From positions 15,358-79,357 of the forward strand of contig DATLRX010000081.1 in assembly GCA_035534435.1 (NCBI GenBank): a stretch of 64,000 nt of DNA, written 5' to 3'. The notes under the pieces were generated by a model. The model was not told where the DNA came from, did no database searches, and saw only the letters and a program-made list of their open reading frames with translations. This document shows positions 33,933-43,588 of the stretch, piece by piece. Origin of the DNA: Candidatus Acidiferrales bacterium. GTDB lineage: Bacteria; Chloroflexota; Dormibacteria; Aeolococcales; Aeolococcaceae. Positions within the stretch are counted from its first letter, which is position 1, and each line of letters begins with the position of its first letter. The translations under genes and the position numbers were made by a program.

Positions 33933-35090
33933 ATGGGTACCTTCACGAGCATGAAAGGCGTCCCCCTCGGTCGAATCGCCGGGATCAGGATCTCGGTCGA
34001 CTGGAGCGTGCTCGTCATCGGGGCCCTGCTCGCGTGGGGGATCGCCGCCGTCGCCGTCCCGGGCCAGGCCCCCGGCACCCCGGAGTGGCTGGCCTGGACC
34101 GTCGGCGCGCTCGTCGCCGTCCTGCTGCTCGCATCGCTCACCGCGCACGAGCTGGGTCACGCACTCCTGGCGAGGCGTCGTGGCATCGCCGTCGACGGCA
34201 TCCGGCTCTGGCTCTTCGGTGGCGTTGCCCAGATGAGCGGCGACTGGATGACCGGGAAGACCGAGATGCTGGTTGCCGCGATCGGGCCCGCGGTCACGCT
34301 CGTCATCACCGCGGTGTGCATCGCCGCCACGTGGCTCTCCGCCGTCGCCGGCGCACCCCACCTCGTGTTCGTCGTTGCCGAGTGGCTCGCCGCGGTCAAC
34401 TTCCTCTTGCTCCTGTTCAACCTCATCCCCGCCTTCCCGCTGGACGGCGGCAGGATCCTTCGCGGGTTCATCTGGACGCGCACCAAGGACAGGATCTCCG
34501 CGACGGTCCTGGCGGCACGGGTCGGCCGCGTCTTCGCCGTCGTGCTCGTGGGCGTCGGTCTCCTCGACGCCTTCTTCTACGACACGGTCGGAGGCGTCTG
34601 GCTGATGCTGATCGGCTGGTTCCTCGACAACACCGCCCGTGGCGAGGCGCAGAACGAGCAGGCCCGCCACGCGCTCGAGGGGCTGCTGGTGGGCGATGTC
34701 ATGTCCAAGGACCCCGTCATCGTCCCGTCGTGGATCACCGTCGAGCTCCTCGTCGACCAGTACGCCGCGGGCCGTCAGGTGAGCTCGTTCCCGACCCACA
34801 GCATCGACGGCCGCGTCGACGGGCTCGTGACGGCGCGCGGGATCAGGAAGCTCCCGCTGCAGCAACGCGGCCTCCGTCGTGCCATCGACATCGCCATCCC
34901 CGCCGCGAACGTGCCGATCGCCCGCCGCGATGAACCGCTCACGGATCTGCTCAAGCGCCTCGGACCGGCGTCCGACGGCCGCGCGATGGTCTACGACTCG
35001 GGCCGCCTCGTCGGGATCGTCTCGCCGAGCGACATCTACCGGCTGCTTCACGGCGGCCCCGCCAAGCCGCCGGCCCCCGCCGCCGCGTAG
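33933..35090 (+). CDS. Site-2 protease (M50) family zinc metalloprotease with a C-terminal CBS pair
   Basis: HELGHALLARR (HExxH), NLIPAFPLDGGR, followed by two CBS-like modules (VGDVMSKDPVIV...; GRLVGIVSPSDIYR). Confidence 0.88.
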   Translation: MGTFTSMKGVPLGRIAGIRISVDWSVLVIGALLAWGIAAVAVPGQAPGTPEWLAWTVGALVAVLLLASLTAHELGHALLARRRGIAVDGIRLWLFGGVAQMSGDWMTGKTEMLVAAIGPAVTLVITAVCIAATWLSAVAGAPHLVFVVAEWLAAVNFLLLLFNLIPAFPLDGGRILRGFIWTRTKDRISATVLAARVGRVFAVVLVGVGLLDAFFYDTVGGVWLMLIGWFLDNTARGEAQNEQARHALEGLLVGDVMSKDPVIVPSWITVELLVDQYAAGRQVSSFPTHSIDGRVDGLVTARGIRKLPLQQRGLRRAIDIAIPAANVPIARRDEPLTDLLKRLGPASDGRAMVYDSGRLVGIVSPSDIYRLLHGGPAKPPAPAAA

Positions 35091-35097
35091 GTCGGCG

Positions 35098-36120
35098 CTA
35101 CCCCTGATCCTCGACGCCGAGGATCAGCTTTCCGATGTTCTCGCCGCGGAAGAGCTTCAACAGGGTGTCCGGGAATGACTCGAGCCCGGTGACGACATCC
35201 TCGACCGATCGCAGCCGGCCCTCGGCAAGCCACCCGGCCATCTCCGCGCCCGCCTCCTGGTAGCGCGCGGCGAAATCGAAGACGAGGAATCCTTCCATCC
35301 GCGCGCGATCCACGAGCAGCGCCATGTAATTGGCCGGTCCACGCGCCGGCCCGTCGTTGTTGTACTGCGAGACCGAGCCGCAGATGACGATGCGGGCGTG
35401 GCGAGCGAGACGCGTCAGCGCCGCGTCCAGGATGTCGCCGCCGACGTTGTCGAAGTAGACGTTGATGCGGTCGGGGCACTGATCGCGCAGCGCGGCGCGC
35501 ACGTCCTCGTGCTTGTAGTCGATTGCCGCGTCGAACCCGAGCTCGTCGACGATGAAGCGACACTTCTCGGGTCCGCCCGCGATGCCGATCGCGCGGCAGC
35601 CCTTGATCTTGGCGAGCTGCCCGACCATCATGCCCACCGCGCCGGCCGCCCCAGAGACGACAACCGTCTCACCGGCGACGGGTTTGCCGATGTCGAACAG
35701 ACCGAAGTACGCGGTCATCCCGGTCATGCCGAGCGCGCTCAGGTAGGTCGTCAAGGGGGCGATGTGCGTGGAAACCCGCGTCACGCCCGAGCCGTCGCTC
35801 ACGGCGTACCCCTGCACACCGAAGCTGCCGGTCACCTGGTCACCCGCCGCGAATCCCGGATGCCGCGATTCGACGACCTCTCCTGCGCCGAGCGCGCGCA
35901 TCACCTCACCGATGCCCACCGGTGGGATGTACGAGCGTCCGGCGTTCATCCAGCCGCGCATCGCGGGGTCGAGCGAGATGTAGAGCACTCGCACGAGGAA
36001 CTCGCCCTCGGCGAGGCTTGGCACCGCCTCTGCGCGGAACTCCCAGTCGGACGCCACAGGAAGCCCCCGGGGTCGCGCGGCGAGGCGCCACTGGCGGTTG
36101 GTCACGGGTGGGTTGCTCAT
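35098..36120 (-). CDS. NADP-dependent medium-chain oxidoreductase (YncB/CurA / prostaglandin reductase-like)
   Basis: Internal ATG 36120 (MSNPPVTNRQWRLAARP...). VVVSGAAGAVGMMVGQLAK Rossmann motif. The extension to 36795 runs antisense to uppP and is rejected. Confidence 0.9.
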   Translation of the reverse strand: MSNPPVTNRQWRLAARPRGLPVASDWEFRAEAVPSLAEGEFLVRVLYISLDPAMRGWMNAGRSYIPPVGIGEVMRALGAGEVVESRHPGFAAGDQVTGSFGVQGYAVSDGSGVTRVSTHIAPLTTYLSALGMTGMTAYFGLFDIGKPVAGETVVVSGAAGAVGMMVGQLAKIKGCRAIGIAGGPEKCRFIVDELGFDAAIDYKHEDVRAALRDQCPDRINVYFDNVGGDILDAALTRLARHARIVICGSVSQYNNDGPARGPANYMALLVDRARMEGFLVFDFAARYQEAGAEMAGWLAEGRLRSVEDVVTGLESFPDTLLKLFRGENIGKLILGVEDQG

Positions 36121-36162
36121 GCGGATATCAGAGCATGCGCCAGTGGCTGGTAGGCTCCGTCG

Positions 36163-37044
36163 ATGCTGAGTGCGGGTCTCATCCTGTTCCTCGCCGCCCT
36201 CCAGGGCATCACAGAGCTCTTTCCCGTGTCGTCGCTCGGCCACGCGGTGGTGGTGCCGCCGCTCGTCGGTCTGCACTTTCGCGAGACCGACCCGGCGTTC
36301 GTGCCCGTGCTCACGGTGCTCCACCTCGGCACCGCCGGAGCGCTGCTCTTCCTCTACCGGCGTGATTGGGTGCGGATCATCGTGGGGTTCTTCCGTGCCG
36401 CGGTGCGCGGGCGGATCGACGATCCCGATCAGCGCCTGGCGATCATGCTCGTGGTCGGCACGGTGCCCGCCGGGGTGGTCGGGCTGCTCCTCCAGGATCC
36501 CCTCAAGACGCTCTTCGGCGACCCGCGCCTCGCGTCTGCATTCCTCATCGTCAACGGCGGGATCCTCTTTGCGGCCGAGATGTTCCGGCGCCGGGACGAG
36601 CGCCGGAGATCCGTCTCCGAGCCGGGACACGCCGTCCTGACCCACGAAGACGGTGATCCGCAGTTCGCTCGCATCGAGGGGCTCAGCCTGCGCACCACGC
36701 TGTTCGTCGGCATCTTCCAGGCGGGGGCGCTGTTGCCCGGAATCTCTCGATCCGGCATCACGATGGCAGCGGGGCTCGTCGCCGGGCTGCGCCACGAGGA
36801 AGCCGCCCGATTCTCGTTCCTCCTGGCGACGCCGATCATCCTCGCGGCGGGACTCCTCGAGGTCCCCGCGCTGGGCACCGACTCCCCGACCGCGCTCGTC
36901 GCCATCGCCGCCGCCATCGTCGCCGGTCTCGTGGCGTACGCCAGCGCCCGTTTCCTGCTCCGCTACCTTCGGTCAGGGCGTCTCGACCCCTTCGCGTATT
37001 ACTGTGCGGCTCTCGGGGCAGCGGGCCTCGTCCTCATCCACTGA
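36163..37044 (+). CDS. uppP: Undecaprenyl-diphosphate phosphatase
   Basis: 293 aa (LQGITELFPVSSLGH, PGISRSGITMAAGL). Confidence 0.93.
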   Translation: MLSAGLILFLAALQGITELFPVSSLGHAVVVPPLVGLHFRETDPAFVPVLTVLHLGTAGALLFLYRRDWVRIIVGFFRAAVRGRIDDPDQRLAIMLVVGTVPAGVVGLLLQDPLKTLFGDPRLASAFLIVNGGILFAAEMFRRRDERRRSVSEPGHAVLTHEDGDPQFARIEGLSLRTTLFVGIFQAGALLPGISRSGITMAAGLVAGLRHEEAARFSFLLATPIILAAGLLEVPALGTDSPTALVAIAAAIVAGLVAYASARFLLRYLRSGRLDPFAYYCAALGAAGLVLIH

Positions 37045-37070
37045 AATACCGTGCACATCGGGGGTTCGCC

Positions 37071-37283
37071 GTGAAGGGAAGCCGTCCACTCGCCCTTGGG
37101 CTCGTCCTTCTGGCCGTGATCTTCGCCGTCGCCTCCATCTTCTTTTTCACCGTGAAGACCACATTCCTTGCGGGCGGGGCGCATCCGGCGATCCACTCGA
37201 AGCACGCGATCGTCTTCGCGGTGCTGGCGGTGCTCTCGCTGATCGCCGCCAACTTCGCGAGGCCGAAAGCAGCAGTTCGGTAG
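37071..37283 (+). CDS. Small hypothetical membrane protein (two TM helices)
   Basis: 70-aa ORF with two hydrophobic spans, in a tight series after uppP. Confidence 0.5.
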   Translation: MKGSRPLALGLVLLAVIFAVASIFFFTVKTTFLAGGAHPAIHSKHAIVFAVLAVLSLIAANFARPKAAVR

Positions 37284-37292
37284 GACGCGGCG

Positions 37293-37790
37293 GTGCCGGC
37301 ACCCATCACCCCACGCCAGACGGCCGCCGTGTACCGGCGCGCCTTCCGCGACACCCGGCGTGAGCGGCTGTTTCTGTCGTCCGTGTCCTTTTTCACGACG
37401 TTCGCGGCCACGCGGACGATCACTCACGCGATCCGGGACGGCGTCGGTCCGTTTCGCAATCTCACCGCCGGCGGCAGGCACCTCCATCACCTCGTGTTCG
37501 GGATCGCCGGACTCCTCGGAAGCGGCTATCTCTGGTTGATACACGTGGAGCAGAACCGCACCGGCCAGAGCGATGACGCGCTCGCGAAGTTCAATGCCGT
37601 GCTCTACGGTGGTGCGTCGGCGCTGACGCTCGATGAGTTCGCGCTCTGGCTCGACCTCGCGGACGTCTACTGGACCCGGGAGGGACGCGCGAGCGTCGAC
37701 GCCGTGATCCTCTTTGGCGGCGTGCTCTCGATCGGCCTCTGGGGGCAACCGTTCTTCAAGGAGCTCATCAAGGAACTCCGCCACATCTGA
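37293..37790 (+). CDS. Hypothetical membrane protein
   Basis: 165 aa with 3-4 hydrophobic spans and G/C-rich third positions. I recognise no family. Confidence 0.6.
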   Translation: MPAPITPRQTAAVYRRAFRDTRRERLFLSSVSFFTTFAATRTITHAIRDGVGPFRNLTAGGRHLHHLVFGIAGLLGSGYLWLIHVEQNRTGQSDDALAKFNAVLYGGASALTLDEFALWLDLADVYWTREGRASVDAVILFGGVLSIGLWGQPFFKELIKELRHI

Positions 37791-37803
37791 CGGCGGCGGG
37801 CCC

Positions 37804-39387
37804 TCACCACGAGTCCACGTATCGCGGTCGCCGCGCTCCGCGCGACGTCGCACGCCGTTCGCCGTCAGGACGGAGGATCACGGCTGCAACCAGCGCGCGC
37901 GTCGCCGCCGGGTCGATCACGTCATCGATCTCGAAGTAGGCGGCGGTGTTGAGCGCAGCCCCTCTCGCGTACGCGTCCGCGACCATGGCGTCGTAGGTTG
38001 CCTGTCGCTCGCGCGCGCCGGCGATCGCTTCGAGCTCCCTGCGGTAGGCGAGCTTCACTGCTCCTTCGAGGCCCATGCCGCCGAATTCGCCGGTCGGCCA
38101 TGCGACCGTCATCAGCGGTGCGCGAAAGCTCCCGCCCGCCATCGCCTGCGCGCCAAGTCCGTATCCCTTGCGAAGCACGACGGTCATGAACGGCACGGTG
38201 AGCGCCGCACCGGAGAGGAACAGCCTGCCGGCGTGACGGACGAGCGCCGTGCGTTCCGCGTCGGGGCCGACCATGATGCCGGGCGTGTCGCAGAGGAAGA
38301 GGACGGGCAGCGAGAACGCCTCGCAGAGCTGGAGGAAGCGTGCCGCCTTGTCGGCGCAGTCGCTCGTGATCGCGCCGGCCAGGTGCATCGGATTGTTGGC
38401 GACGATCCCCACCGCACGGCCCTCGATGCGCCCGAGCGCGGTCACCATCCCACGAGCGAAGCCGGCGCGCAGCTCGAGCACCGAGCCGGTGTCCGCGAGC
38501 ACATCGATCGCGTGATGGACGTCATACGCGCGCCGCCGGTTCTCAGGGACGGTGTCGCGCAACGGCAGCTGGTCCGGCGCCTCCCACGTGGCAATCGGCC
38601 CCTGAAAGAACGCAACTGCTTGACGCGCGAGCCGGACCGCGTCCGCCTCATCGGTCGCGGCGACATCGACGACCCCGTTGCGCACCTGCATGTCGAACGG
38701 CCCGACCTCATCTGCGTCCACCACGCCGAGGCCGCCGCCCTCGATCATTGCGGGACCACCCATCCCGATGCTTGCGCCGGCTGTCGCGATGATGAGGTCG
38801 CAGCAACCGAGCAGCAGCGCGTTGCCCGCGAAGCACCGCCCGGACGCGACACCGATCCGCGGGACGACACCGGAGAGGCGCGCCCAGAGCGCGAATGCCA
38901 TGACGTCGAGGCCGGCGACCATCGCGTGATCGGTGTCTCCGGGCCGGCCACCACCGCCCTCCGCGAACAGGACGACCGGCAACCGCCTGCGCTCGATGAC
39001 GTCGAACAACCGGTCCTTCTTGCGGTGGCCCATGACGCCCTGAGTCCCCGCGAGGACCGTGTAGTCGTATGACAGCACCGCGCAGTCCGCACGATCGGCA
39101 CCGACGAGCGCGCCGTTGACACGCGCGGTCCCGCCGATGAGCCCGTCGGCCGGCGTGCGCCGTGTCAGGTCGTCGACGCTTCGCCGTGCCCGCTGCGCAG
39201 CGATTGCCAATGCGCCGTACTCGACGAACGTCCCGTCGTCGCAGAGATCCGCGACGTTCTCTCTCGCGGTTCGCCGGCCGGCGGCATGACGCGACGCGAC
39301 CACATCCGGACGGTTCGCGTCGCCGGTCATCCGCCGGCGGCGCATGGTCTCGGCGAGGTCGGGTCTCGTCGTCTCCGAATCGGGCAT
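37804..39387 (-). CDS. Acyl-CoA carboxylase carboxyltransferase (beta) subunit
   Basis: 527 aa with two carboxyltransferase halves (SYDYTVLAGTQGVMGHRK, VLFAEGGGGRPGD, LFLCDTPGIMVG). Confidence 0.9.
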   Translation of the reverse strand: MPDSETTRPDLAETMRRRRMTGDANRPDVVASRHAAGRRTARENVADLCDDGTFVEYGALAIAAQRARRSVDDLTRRTPADGLIGGTARVNGALVGADRADCAVLSYDYTVLAGTQGVMGHRKKDRLFDVIERRRLPVVLFAEGGGGRPGDTDHAMVAGLDVMAFALWARLSGVVPRIGVASGRCFAGNALLLGCCDLIIATAGASIGMGGPAMIEGGGLGVVDADEVGPFDMQVRNGVVDVAATDEADAVRLARQAVAFFQGPIATWEAPDQLPLRDTVPENRRRAYDVHHAIDVLADTGSVLELRAGFARGMVTALGRIEGRAVGIVANNPMHLAGAITSDCADKAARFLQLCEAFSLPVLFLCDTPGIMVGPDAERTALVRHAGRLFLSGAALTVPFMTVVLRKGYGLGAQAMAGGSFRAPLMTVAWPTGEFGGMGLEGAVKLAYRRELEAIAGARERQATYDAMVADAYARGAALNTAAYFEIDDVIDPAATRALVAAVILRPDGERRATSRGARRPRYVDSW

Positions 39388-39599
39388 GCGAAGCGAGCTT
39401 AAGCCAGGCGCCCACGTGGCAGCACCCGCAGGAGGTCGCCAGCGATTTCGACAGTGACCCGCCGACGATCACCATGGCGGCAGGCGGTCCCAACCGCGAA
39501 AGTGCCGCGGAGCTGCTCGCAACCGGAACCCTGGCGGGCGCAGTGATCATCGCGAGTCAGCCGCTCGGGATGCGCAGTCCGGCGACGAGCTGAGACTCC

Positions 39600-40259
39600 T
39601 CAGCGCACGCCTGATCGGCGCGACGGGCGTTGCTCGGATGGTAGGAACGTGAAGAGACGCACGTCCGGTTCGAACGCGCGCGGCGTTGCGACGAGGCGCG
39701 CGGCGCCGACGCGAGAAGTGGTGTCGGGGATTGCGACGAACGCGAGCTCCGCAAAGCCACTCGCCTCGAACCACGCGCGGATCGTCGGAGTCAGATCGGG
39801 CTCGAACGCTCCGCGCGTCCAGATGACGGTTGCGGCGGGAGCGCACAGCGCGGGCAGGTGATCCACCGTGCGCTCGATGTCCGCGTCGGTGACATTGCCG
39901 AACACGCCGCACACCAGCACGATGTCTGCGGGCACCGCGTTTGCATACGCGTTCGTGATCGACGCGTCGGCGTTGACGACCTCCAGAGACGGTGAGATGC
40001 CTGCCGCACGCTCGCGCCCACGTGCAGCGAGCTCCGGGTCGAGCTCCACAAGACGCGCCCGCACGTCATCGCGGCGCGGATGTTCTTCGAGCACGCCGAG
40101 CAGGTCGCGTCCGTCTCCGGCGCACATGCTGATGACGCGGATCGGACCCGGTGCGCAGCGGTCCAGCGCGCCGCGGATCAGGTCCTGCACGACGCGCAGC
40201 CGCTGCGCCAGCGGAGATCCCGGCCGGTACCCCTCGTGCCACTCGACCCACTCGCTCAC
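39600..40259 (-). CDS. SAM-dependent methyltransferase-like protein
   Basis: 219 aa. GTG start. Motif I-like VISMCAGDGRDL and post-I RLVELD. Confidence 0.75.
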   Translation of the reverse strand: MSEWVEWHEGYRPGSPLAQRLRVVQDLIRGALDRCAPGPIRVISMCAGDGRDLLGVLEEHPRRDDVRARLVELDPELAARGRERAAGISPSLEVVNADASITNAYANAVPADIVLVCGVFGNVTDADIERTVDHLPALCAPAATVIWTRGAFEPDLTPTIRAWFEASGFAELAFVAIPDTTSRVGAARLVATPRAFEPDVRLFTFLPSEQRPSRRSGVR

Positions 40260-40366
40260 CGCACGAGCCTACAAAAAGGGTACGGCCTGGGACACCTCAA
40301 CCGATGGTGCGAGTCACGTCAGCTGAACCCTTTCAGGGACGCATCACGCGCATTGACACAAGAAAG

Positions 40367-40442
40367 TGGTGCCCGCTCAGGGACTCGAACCCTGGACCAA
40401 GGGATTAAGAGTCCCCTGCTCTACCAACTGAGCTAAACGGGC
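40367..40442 (-). tRNA. tRNA-Lys (anticodon CTT), genomically encoded CCA
   Basis: Hand-folded cloverleaf: acceptor GCCCGTT/AGCGGGC, D-arm GCTC/GAGC, anticodon arm GGGGA-CTCTTAA-TCCCT, T-arm CAGGG-TTCGAGT-CCCTG, discriminator A, CCA. 76 nt. Confidence 0.96.
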
Positions 40443-40453
40443 GTGGCCCGATT

Positions 40454-41242
40454 CTACCCGCGGGTCGGACCGGCCCCGGAGCCGACCCTCCCGGCGCGCC
40501 GCTCGCCCCCGAGCCAGATCATGGACCGGTACTGCTGCGCGAGTCGCATCCGCAGCGGCGGGCCGGTCGGGGAGAACGACCCGGAGCGGGGCGACGTGGT
40601 CCGCCGCTGTATGGCGCGGCGGAGATCCGCGGCGGTCCTCCCGGGGAAGACGGTCAGCACCCGTCCGAGGTCGTGCTCGCCGAAGTGGCTGTCCCCGGCG
40701 CCGAGCGCCGCGCCGAGCTCCTCGCGGTGGCCCGCGTAGAAGCCGTCGAGCTGCTTCCACGTGCCTGGCAGCACCGGAGCGGTGTGACGCAGCTCGATGC
40801 CGTCGACGCGGTGCGACTCCAGCAGCTGGCGCGCCCTCCCGGGAGTCATCGACGCGAACCACGTCGGCATGAACGGGTGCGCGATGACCGCCAGGCCGCC
40901 CGCATCGTGGATCGCGTCGACCGTGTCCTCGACGGACATGTGCATCCGCACCTGGCGCTCGAGGAAGAGCCCGACGATGTGGATCCCGGGGGGAAACGAG
41001 GCCGTGACCTCCTCACCACGCACGACGTCGACACCGAGCGATGCTCCGAGCTCGATCGCGTGCCCGATATCGGGCATCGTGTCGTGATCGGTGATGCAGA
41101 GAACGTTGAGCCCGATCGCGGCAGCCGCGCGCACCAGGGCCTCCGGGCTCACCATGCCATCGCTCGCGAGCGTGTGCGCATGGACCTCCGCGAGCCCGAG
41201 AGCGTCGCCGGCGCGCGTGCGTGCACCCGTGGTCTGCCTCAT
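40454..41242 (-). CDS. PHP-domain metal-dependent phosphoesterase
   Basis: 262 aa (EVHAHTLASDG, LCITDHD, IAHPF, GDSHF). Confidence 0.85.
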   Translation of the reverse strand: MRQTTGARTRAGDALGLAEVHAHTLASDGMVSPEALVRAAAAIGLNVLCITDHDTMPDIGHAIELGASLGVDVVRGEEVTASFPPGIHIVGLFLERQVRMHMSVEDTVDAIHDAGGLAVIAHPFMPTWFASMTPGRARQLLESHRVDGIELRHTAPVLPGTWKQLDGFYAGHREELGAALGAGDSHFGEHDLGRVLTVFPGRTAADLRRAIQRRTTSPRSGSFSPTGPPLRMRLAQQYRSMIWLGGERRAGRVGSGAGPTRG

Positions 41243-41320
41243 CGACCCAGTGTAGTCCGCCGCTGAGAGTGTGCTGAGAAGCGTTCAACGAGATCGTATC
41301 GGGGCCGGAATCGCAGCCAG

Positions 41321-41350
41321 GTCAACCATATACTCGAGGCGATGGTTGAC
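41321..41350 (+). promoter_or_regulatory. Perfect 9-bp inverted repeat (GTCAACCAT-N12-ATGGTTGAC) spanning the response-regulator start codon
   Basis: gtcaaccat at 41321-41329 and atggttgac at 41342-41350. The second arm begins with the ATG of the regulator gene. The loop carries GAGG. Confidence 0.45.
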
Positions 41351-42046
41351 TCGACCCGCATCCTCGTCGTCGACGACGAGCAGAGCATCACCGACTTCAT
41401 CGCGCTCGGTTTGCGGCATGAGGGCTTCGATGTGCGCACCGCGCCCGACGGGCACGTCGCGCTCCGGGTGGTCGACGAGTTCAAGCCGCACCTGGTCGTG
41501 CTCGACCTGATGATGCCGCGTGTCAACGGGTGGGACCTATGCCGCGCGCTGTCGGGCGACCGATCCCGCGGGATCATCATCCTCAGCGCTCGCGATGAGA
41601 CCAGCGCTCGCGTCCAGGGACTCGAGCTCGGCGCGGACGACTACCTCGTCAAGCCCTTCGATTTCTCGGAGTTGCTCGCGCGCATCCGCGCAGTGCTGCG
41701 ACGGCGTAACCCGGATCTCACCCGCGTCGTGCGCGCCGGCGACCTCAGCATCGACACCGCGACGCGTGAGGTTCGCGCCGGCGATCGCGTCGTCGAGCTC
41801 TCGGTCCGCGAGTACGACCTGCTGCTCTACCTCGCGAGTCATGCGGATCAGGTGCTGCCGCGTCAGCGCATCCTCGACGAGGTGTGGGGCTACAACTTCT
41901 TCGGGGACGAGAACAACATCGAGGTCTACGTCCGCTACCTGCGCCAGAAGCTCGGCGACACCGCGCATGAGCGCATTCAGACAGTGCGCGGTGTCGGCTA
42001 CCGGTTGCGCACCGCGGGCGACGGAAGCAGCGCCGCGGCGCGCTAG
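41342..42046 (+). CDS. OmpR-family response regulator
   Basis: ILVVDDE...LVVLDLMMPRVNG...ILSARD...GADDYLVKPF, followed by a winged helix (REYDLLLYL...IEVYVRYLRQKL...VRGVGYRL). Confidence 0.93.
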   Translation: MVDSTRILVVDDEQSITDFIALGLRHEGFDVRTAPDGHVALRVVDEFKPHLVVLDLMMPRVNGWDLCRALSGDRSRGIIILSARDETSARVQGLELGADDYLVKPFDFSELLARIRAVLRRRNPDLTRVVRAGDLSIDTATREVRAGDRVVELSVREYDLLLYLASHADQVLPRQRILDEVWGYNFFGDENNIEVYVRYLRQKLGDTAHERIQTVRGVGYRLRTAGDGSSAAAR

Positions 42047-42049
42047 CAC

Positions 42050-43588
42050 GTGAGCCGCGTCACCCGTGCGCTGGCATCGCTGCGCTGGCGCCTTACGCTC
42101 ACCTTCGTCGGGCTGCTCGCGCTGCTGCTCGTCCTGCTCGCGGGCTACCAGTGGCTCACGCTGCGCGGGAGCCTGGTCTCCAACAAGGTCGCGGAGATGC
42201 AGGCGGACTACAACTCCGCGAAGCGCCTCATCGTGTCGAGGGAGAAGGCGCTTGGCGCACCCACCACGGCGACGCGACGCCTCTGCATGACGCATCCGCA
42301 GCTGGTGGGTGCCGCGGTCGCGAGCGCGGTCTCGACGGTCACGGGGCAGACGGTGCAGGTCATCGTCTACGACAGCAGTCTCACGCAGCAGGCGGTCGCG
42401 CCCGCAGGCGCAAGCCCCCCGCAGCTCTCGACGAGAGCGCTGCAGGGTGTCGTTGCCAAGGGCACGCGATCATCCGCGGAGGAGATCACCACGTCGAGCG
42501 GCAGCCAGCTCGTCGTCGGGTTCCCCGTGGTGGCGGGCACGGGAGTCTGCGGCGTCGCGCAACTCTCGGTTGGGATGACGCCGATCACCAGCGTCCTGCA
42601 CGACGAGCTCTTCCTCATCACAACCGGTGGTGTGGTGGTGCTGCTGCTCGCGCTCATCATCGGCGTGCTGCTGACCGGCAGAACGCTGCGACCGATGCGC
42701 CGTCTCACCGCGACCGCCGAGCAGCTCGCCGCCGGCGATCTGACAGCGCGAAGCCGCCTGTCGCCGAGCTCCGACGAGGTGGGGCAGCTCGCCAGCAGCT
42801 TCGACCACATGGCGGATCGCATCCAGGAAGCCTTTGCGGCGCAACAGGAATCCGAGGCTCAGGTGCGCCGCTTCATCGACGACGCATCGCACGAGCTGCG
42901 CACACCTGTGACTGCGCTCAAGGGCTACATCGATGTGCTGCGCAGGGGTGCGGGACGTGAGCCGGCCGCGCTCGACGCGGCGCTCGAGGCCATGAGCAAC
43001 GAATCAGAACGCATGCGTATCCTCGTCCTCGACCTGCTGACACTCGCGCGTCTCGACGCGCGCCGCGAGTCACATCCAGAGGACTTCGACCTCAACAGCG
43101 CGGTGGACGCGCTGCTCACCGAAGGCGTTTCCGGGATGCCCGAGACCGTGCAGCGCGCATACGGCGTATCGCCCTTGCTCGTGCACGCCGATCGCGGCGC
43201 GGTGAACACGATCATGCGCAACCTGCTGGTCAACGCGTGCAAGTACGCGCACGGTGCTGCACAGCGATGGACCACCGGGATCGAGGGTGCATGGGGGCGA
43301 CTCGACGTGCACGACGACGGACCGGGCGTCCCCGCAAGCGACCTCGCCCACGTGTTCGAGCGCTTCTACCGTGGCGAGAAGACGAGGGCGCGCGAGGAGG
43401 GCGGCAGCGGTCTCGGTCTCAGCATCGTGCAGGCGCTCGCGCGTGCGCAGGGAGGCGACGTCGGCATCCGGAGTGCCGAGGGCGCGGGGACCACCGTGAC
43501 CGTGTGGCTGCCGCTGGCGGCGGGGCCGCCACCGCCTCCTCCGGAGCCGCTGGTGCCGCCGCCTGCTCCGGCATTCCCTACAAGTTGA
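42050..43588 (+). CDS. Sensor histidine kinase (TM-periplasmic-TM-HAMP-HisKA-HATPase)
   Basis: Two TM helices and a HAMP domain. H-box FIDDASHELRTPVTAL, N-box LLVNACKYA, G-boxes DDGPGV and GSGLGLSIV. Confidence 0.92.
   Translation: MSRVTRALASLRWRLTLTFVGLLALLLVLLAGYQWLTLRGSLVSNKVAEMQADYNSAKRLIVSREKALGAPTTATRRLCMTHPQLVGAAVASAVSTVTGQTVQVIVYDSSLTQQAVAPAGASPPQLSTRALQGVVAKGTRSSAEEITTSSGSQLVVGFPVVAGTGVCGVAQLSVGMTPITSVLHDELFLITTGGVVVLLLALIIGVLLTGRTLRPMRRLTATAEQLAAGDLTARSRLSPSSDEVGQLASSFDHMADRIQEAFAAQQESEAQVRRFIDDASHELRTPVTALKGYIDVLRRGAGREPAALDAALEAMSNESERMRILVLDLLTLARLDARRESHPEDFDLNSAVDALLTEGVSGMPETVQRAYGVSPLLVHADRGAVNTIMRNLLVNACKYAHGAAQRWTTGIEGAWGRLDVHDDGPGVPASDLAHVFERFYRGEKTRAREEGGSGLGLSIVQALARAQGGDVGIRSAEGAGTTVTVWLPLAAGPPPPPPEPLVPPPAPAFPTS

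Noticed and set aside
36121-36795. N-terminal extension of ORF 35098..36795 (565 aa)
   Set aside because: It overlaps uppP on the opposite strand. Oxidoreductase similarity begins at ATG 36120 (MSNPPVTNRQW...), giving the normal ~340-aa length.
40260-40460. tRNA-Lys as a possible integration site of a genomic island
   Set aside because: No integrase, recombinase or phage gene lies on either side. I did not see a duplicated copy of the tRNA 3' end nearby. Flanking genes look like ordinary core metabolism with the same composition.
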